Origin: Actinomycetota bacterium
GTDB lineage: Bacteria > Actinomycetota > Actinomycetes > BP-191
NCBI GenBank assembly: GCA_040005895.1
Contig: JBDTYE010000001.1
Span: forward strand, 1-36,421
DNA length: 36,421 nt
Reading direction: 5' to 3'
Shown here: positions 33,492-36,421 of the stretch, piece by piece
How positions within the stretch are numbered: the stretch's first letter is position 1
Layout of the letters: every line of letters starts with the position of its first letter
Notes under the pieces: generated by a model
Databases searched by the model: none
Told to the model about the DNA's origin: nothing
Seen by the model: the letters and a program-made list of their open reading frames with translations, nothing else
Position numbers and translations under genes: made by a program

Positions 33492-33874
33492 GGCTTTCGG
33501 GTGCTGATCATTCAGCCGAGAGGAGCGGCTCGCAGGCTTGGCTGTCTGTAGTTTGGTCGGAGCGCCGGCGTGGACTTGCCGGCGTCCATCGTGCTGAACT
33601 GACCCTCGGCCGCTCGCGAGAGCGCCGGAGCGCCGACCCGCCGACACGCCAGTGGTTACGCCCATGCGCCCCCCTCAGAGCGTTCACCGGACTGCAGAGT
33701 CCGATGATTCACGCGAACGAAGGGCCATGAGGTTGCATCCGCAAACACCATCATTTCGAGCTACTCGAGCTCTGAGACCCGGCCGAAAGTGACTGACCGA
33801 TGCCCCCTGTTGTGGGCACCCTGGCTGCGCAGATGGAGTAACGCTGGTCAGCGGTTAGTGGGGAGTCGGACTTC

Positions 33875-36421
33875 TCACACCTCGTACGCCGACGGGGCGG
33901 GACAACTGCAGATGAGGTTGCGGTCGCCGTACGCGCCGTCGATGCGGCGCACCGGCGACCACCACTTGCCGGCTCGCAGGGACGGCAGCGGGTAGGCCGC
34001 GACCTGCCGCGAGTAGGGATGACTCCACTCGCCGGCAATCATGGCTGCGGTGTGGGGAGCGTTGTGCAGCGGGTTGTCGACGTTGCCCGGTGCGACGGCG
34101 GCGATCTCCGCGCGGATCGCGATCATGGCGTCGCAGAACCGGTCGATCTCGGCCAGGTCCTCGGACTCGGTCGGTTCGATCATCAGCGTCCCGGGGACGG
34201 GGAAGCTCATAGTCGGCGCGTGGAACGCGTAGTCGACGAGCCGTTTGGCGACGTCGTCGACGGTCACAGCCGTGTCTTTGGTGATCTGTCGCAGGTCGAT
34301 GATGCATTCGTGCGCGACCAGGTCGTGCCTTCCGGTGTAGAGGACCGGGAAGTGCGGTGCCAGCCGCCGGGCGATGTAGTTGGCGCCGAGGATCGCGACC
34401 TGGGTCGCGTGAGTCAGCCCGTCGCCTCCCATCAGCCGGATGTAGGCCCAGGAGATCGGCAGGATTCCGGCGGAACCCCAGGGCGCGGACGACACCGGGC
34501 CCGGTCCGGTGGCGGGGCCGGCTTCGGGCGTGAGCGGGTGGTTGGGGAGAAACGGCGCGAGATGCGCGCGCACGGCGACCGGGCCGATGCCCGGTCCGCC
34601 GCCGCCGTGCGGGATGCAGAACGTCTTGTGCAGGTTGAGGTGGGAGACGTCGGCGCCGAACTTGCCCGGCTGCGCGAGCCCGACGAGCGCATTCAGATTG
34701 GCGCCGTCGACGTAGACCTGTCCGCCTGCGTCGTGGACCAGCCCGCAGATCTCGGTGATCGTCGACTCGAAGACGCCGTGGGTTGACGGATACGTGACCA
34801 TCAGCGCCGCGAGTTGATCGCCGTGCTTAGCGATCTTTGCCCGCAGGTCACCGACGTCGACGTTGCCGCGGTCGTCACAGGCGACGACTACCACGCGCAG
34901 GCCGGCCATGACCGCGGAGGCCGCGTTGGTGCCATGCGCACTCGACGGGATCAGGCAGACGTCCCGGTTGTGGTTGCCCTGCGCGGTATGCCATTCGTGA
35001 ATGGCCAGCAGACCGGCGAGCTCGCCCTGCGAGCCGGCGTTGGGCTGCAGCGAGACCGCGTCGTAGCCGGTGATCTCGGCCAGCCACGATTCGAGATCCT
35101 GCACGATCCTGCGGTAGCCGGCGGCCTGGTCGAGCGGGGCGAACGGGTGCATCCCGGCGAACTCCGGCCAGGTCACCGGGATCATCTCGGTGGTCGCGTT
35201 GAGCTTCATCGTGCACGAACCCAGTGGGATCATCGACCGGTCCAGGGCGACGTCCTTGTCTGCGAGCAGCCGCAGATAGCGCAGCATCCCAGTCTCGCTG
35301 CGATGCGAGTGAAACGTCTGGTGCGTAAGGAAAGCCGACTCCCTTGTGAGCTCGGGCGGGATCACTTGGGAGGTCGTCGTCTGGTCGAGCGTCGCGATGT
35401 CAGCAGTGACGCCGAACGCCGCCCAGACGGCTTCGATGTGCGCCCTGGTCGTCGCCTCGTCGGCGCAGATCCCGACCAGGTCGTCGTCGACGAGGCGCAG
35501 GTTGATGCCGCGTTCCCGCGCCCGCTCGACGGCTTGGATTGCGCCACCGGCCGTCCGCACCTGAATCGTGTCGAAGAAGGCTTCGTGTACGACGTCGAGG
35601 CCGCCGGCCTCGAGACCGGCCGTGAGCAGAGCGGCGTACCGATGCACGCGTTGGGCGATAGCCGTGAGGCCGTCGGGGCCGTGATAGACGGCGTACATGC
35701 TGGCCATCACGGCGAGCAGGACCTGCGCCGTGCAGATGTTGCTGGTCGCCTTCTCCCTGCGGATGTGCTGCTCGCGCGTCTGCAGCGCAAGCCGGTAGGC
35801 AGGCGCGCCGTCCGCGTCGATGGTGACGCCGACCAGCCGCCCGGGCAGTGAGCGCTCCAGACCGGTCCGCACCGACATGAATGCCGCGTGCGGACCGCCA
35901 TAGCCCAGTGGTACGCCGAAGCGCTGGCTGGTGCCGACGGCGATGTCGGCGCCGAATTCGCCCGGCGCCTTCAGGAGTGTGAGAGCAAGCAGGTCAGTTG
36001 CGACCGTGACGATGGCGCCGCGCGCATGTGCCGCTTCGACGACCGGGCCGAGATCGCGAACCTGTCCGCTGGTGCCGGGGTACTGGAGCAGCACGCCGAA
36101 GATCTCGCCTTCCGGCAGGCCGGCGGCTGTGTCCGCGACGACGACTTCGATGCCGAGCGGCCGGGCACGCGTGCGTACCACTGCGATCGTCTGCGGATGC
36201 GTGTCCGAGTCGATGATGAACGCGCCGCCGCTCTTGGCAGTGCGGCGCGCCAGCGACATGGCCTCCGCGGCCGCAGTGCCCTCGTCGAGGAGGGACGCGT
36301 TGGAGATCGGCAGGGCGGTCAGGTCCGAGACCATGGTCTGGAAGTTGAGCAGCGCCTCGAGGCGGCCTTGCGAGATCTCCGGCTGGTACGGCGTGTAGGC
36401 CGTGTACCAGGCCGGGTTCTC
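33875..36421 (-). CDS. gcvP: Glycine dehydrogenase (decarboxylating) GcvP, 5'-truncated by the window edge
   Basis: The reading frame stays open to position 36421 ([34 protein letters not shown]...). Also contains [18 protein letters not shown] (PLP-lysine region). The stop TGA is at 33875..33877. Confidence 0.95.
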   Translation of the reverse strand, partial: ENPAWYTAYTPYQPEISQGRLEALLNFQTMVSDLTALPISNASLLDEGTAAAEAMSLARRTAKSGGAFIIDSDTHPQTIAVVRTRARPLGIEVVVADTAAGLPEGEIFGVLLQYPGTSGQVRDLGPVVEAAHARGAIVTVATDLLALTLLKAPGEFGADIAVGTSQRFGVPLGYGGPHAAFMSVRTGLERSLPGRLVGVTIDADGAPAYRLALQTREQHIRREKATSNICTAQVLLAVMASMYAVYHGPDGLTAIAQRVHRYAALLTAGLEAGGLDVVHEAFFDTIQVRTAGGAIQAVERARERGINLRLVDDDLVGICADEATTRAHIEAVWAAFGVTADIATLDQTTTSQVIPPELTRESAFLTHQTFHSHRSETGMLRYLRLLADKDVALDRSMIPLGSCTMKLNATTEMIPVTWPEFAGMHPFAPLDQAAGYRRIVQDLESWLAEITGYDAVSLQPNAGSQGELAGLLAIHEWHTAQGNHNRDVCLIPSSAHGTNAASAVMAGLRVVVVACDDRGNVDVGDLRAKIAKHGDQLAALMVTYPSTHGVFESTITEICGLVHDAGGQVYVDGANLNALVGLAQPGKFGADVSHLNLHKTFCIPHGGGGPGIGPVAVRAHLAPFLPNHPLTPEAGPATGPGPVSSAPWGSAGILPISWAYIRLMGGDGLTHATQVAILGANYIARRLAPHFPVLYTGRHDLVAHECIIDLRQITKDTAVTVDDVAKRLVDYAFHAPTMSFPVPGTLMIEPTESEDLAEIDRFCDAMIAIRAEIAAVAPGNVDNPLHNAPHTAAMIAGEWSHPYSRQVAAYPLPSLRAGKWWSPVRRIDGAYGDRNLICSCPAPSAYEV

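Noticed and set aside
33492-33874. Glycine riboswitch associated with gcvP
   Set aside because: This region is downstream of gcvP (a minus-strand gene). Any glycine riboswitch would lie upstream, beyond the window end at 36421. The region more likely holds the gcvP terminator and the kinase promoter, and only a weak 6-bp hairpin (CGGACT-GCAG-AGTCCG) was seen.

Overview
High-GC (about 70%) actinobacterial-type chromosomal segment, densely coded on both strands. All protein calls come from reading the supplied translations by eye; no database search was run.

Gene content, left to right:
- Divergent MerR regulator and MFS exporter pair, a second MFS transporter, a DUF72 protein, an APC permease and a Gfo/Idh/MocA oxidoreductase.
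- Minus-strand cluster of a PAC2 protein, a MoaD/ThiS-like protein ending in GG, and a BNR beta-propeller.
- A GAF protein.
- A 1.1-kb gene-free gap (10004..11123).
- An EspC-like small protein followed by a WXG/T7SS-signal polymorphic-toxin-like gene broken by one in-frame TAA.
- hrpA, a double zinc-ribbon protein, a VOC protein, an HExxH membrane protein, an orphan ABC ATPase, a DinB/TIGR03086-like protein and an ACT protein.
- A complete Gram-positive Tad/Flp pilus operon: two flp, tadE, a tadG-like gene, cpaB, tadZ, cpaF, a vWA-tadB fusion and tadC.
- A convergent operon of histidine kinase, NarL-type regulator, DnaB-C/RecA-like ATPase and ICMT-like methyltransferase.
- The 3' three-quarters of gcvP.

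No rRNA, tRNA, CRISPR array, transposase or integrase was seen.

Most interesting observations:
1. The gap holds two tandem units of about 500 bp. Each has a conserved TTGCCA-N17-TAGAAAT promoter on the minus strand, a non-coding GC-rich body of about 250 nt, and a near-identical 16-bp-stem hairpin with a compensatory change. These are candidate paralogous sRNAs. They are preceded by a cluster of TTGTCCACA (DnaA-box-type) 9-mers.
2. The T7SS-type toxin gene is split by a TAA inside an atypically AT-rich palindromic patch, and no immunity gene is visible.
3. An extracytoplasmic vWA domain is fused to the TadB platform protein.
4. The kinase in the kinase/regulator/ATPase/methyltransferase module appears to have degenerate ATP-binding motifs.
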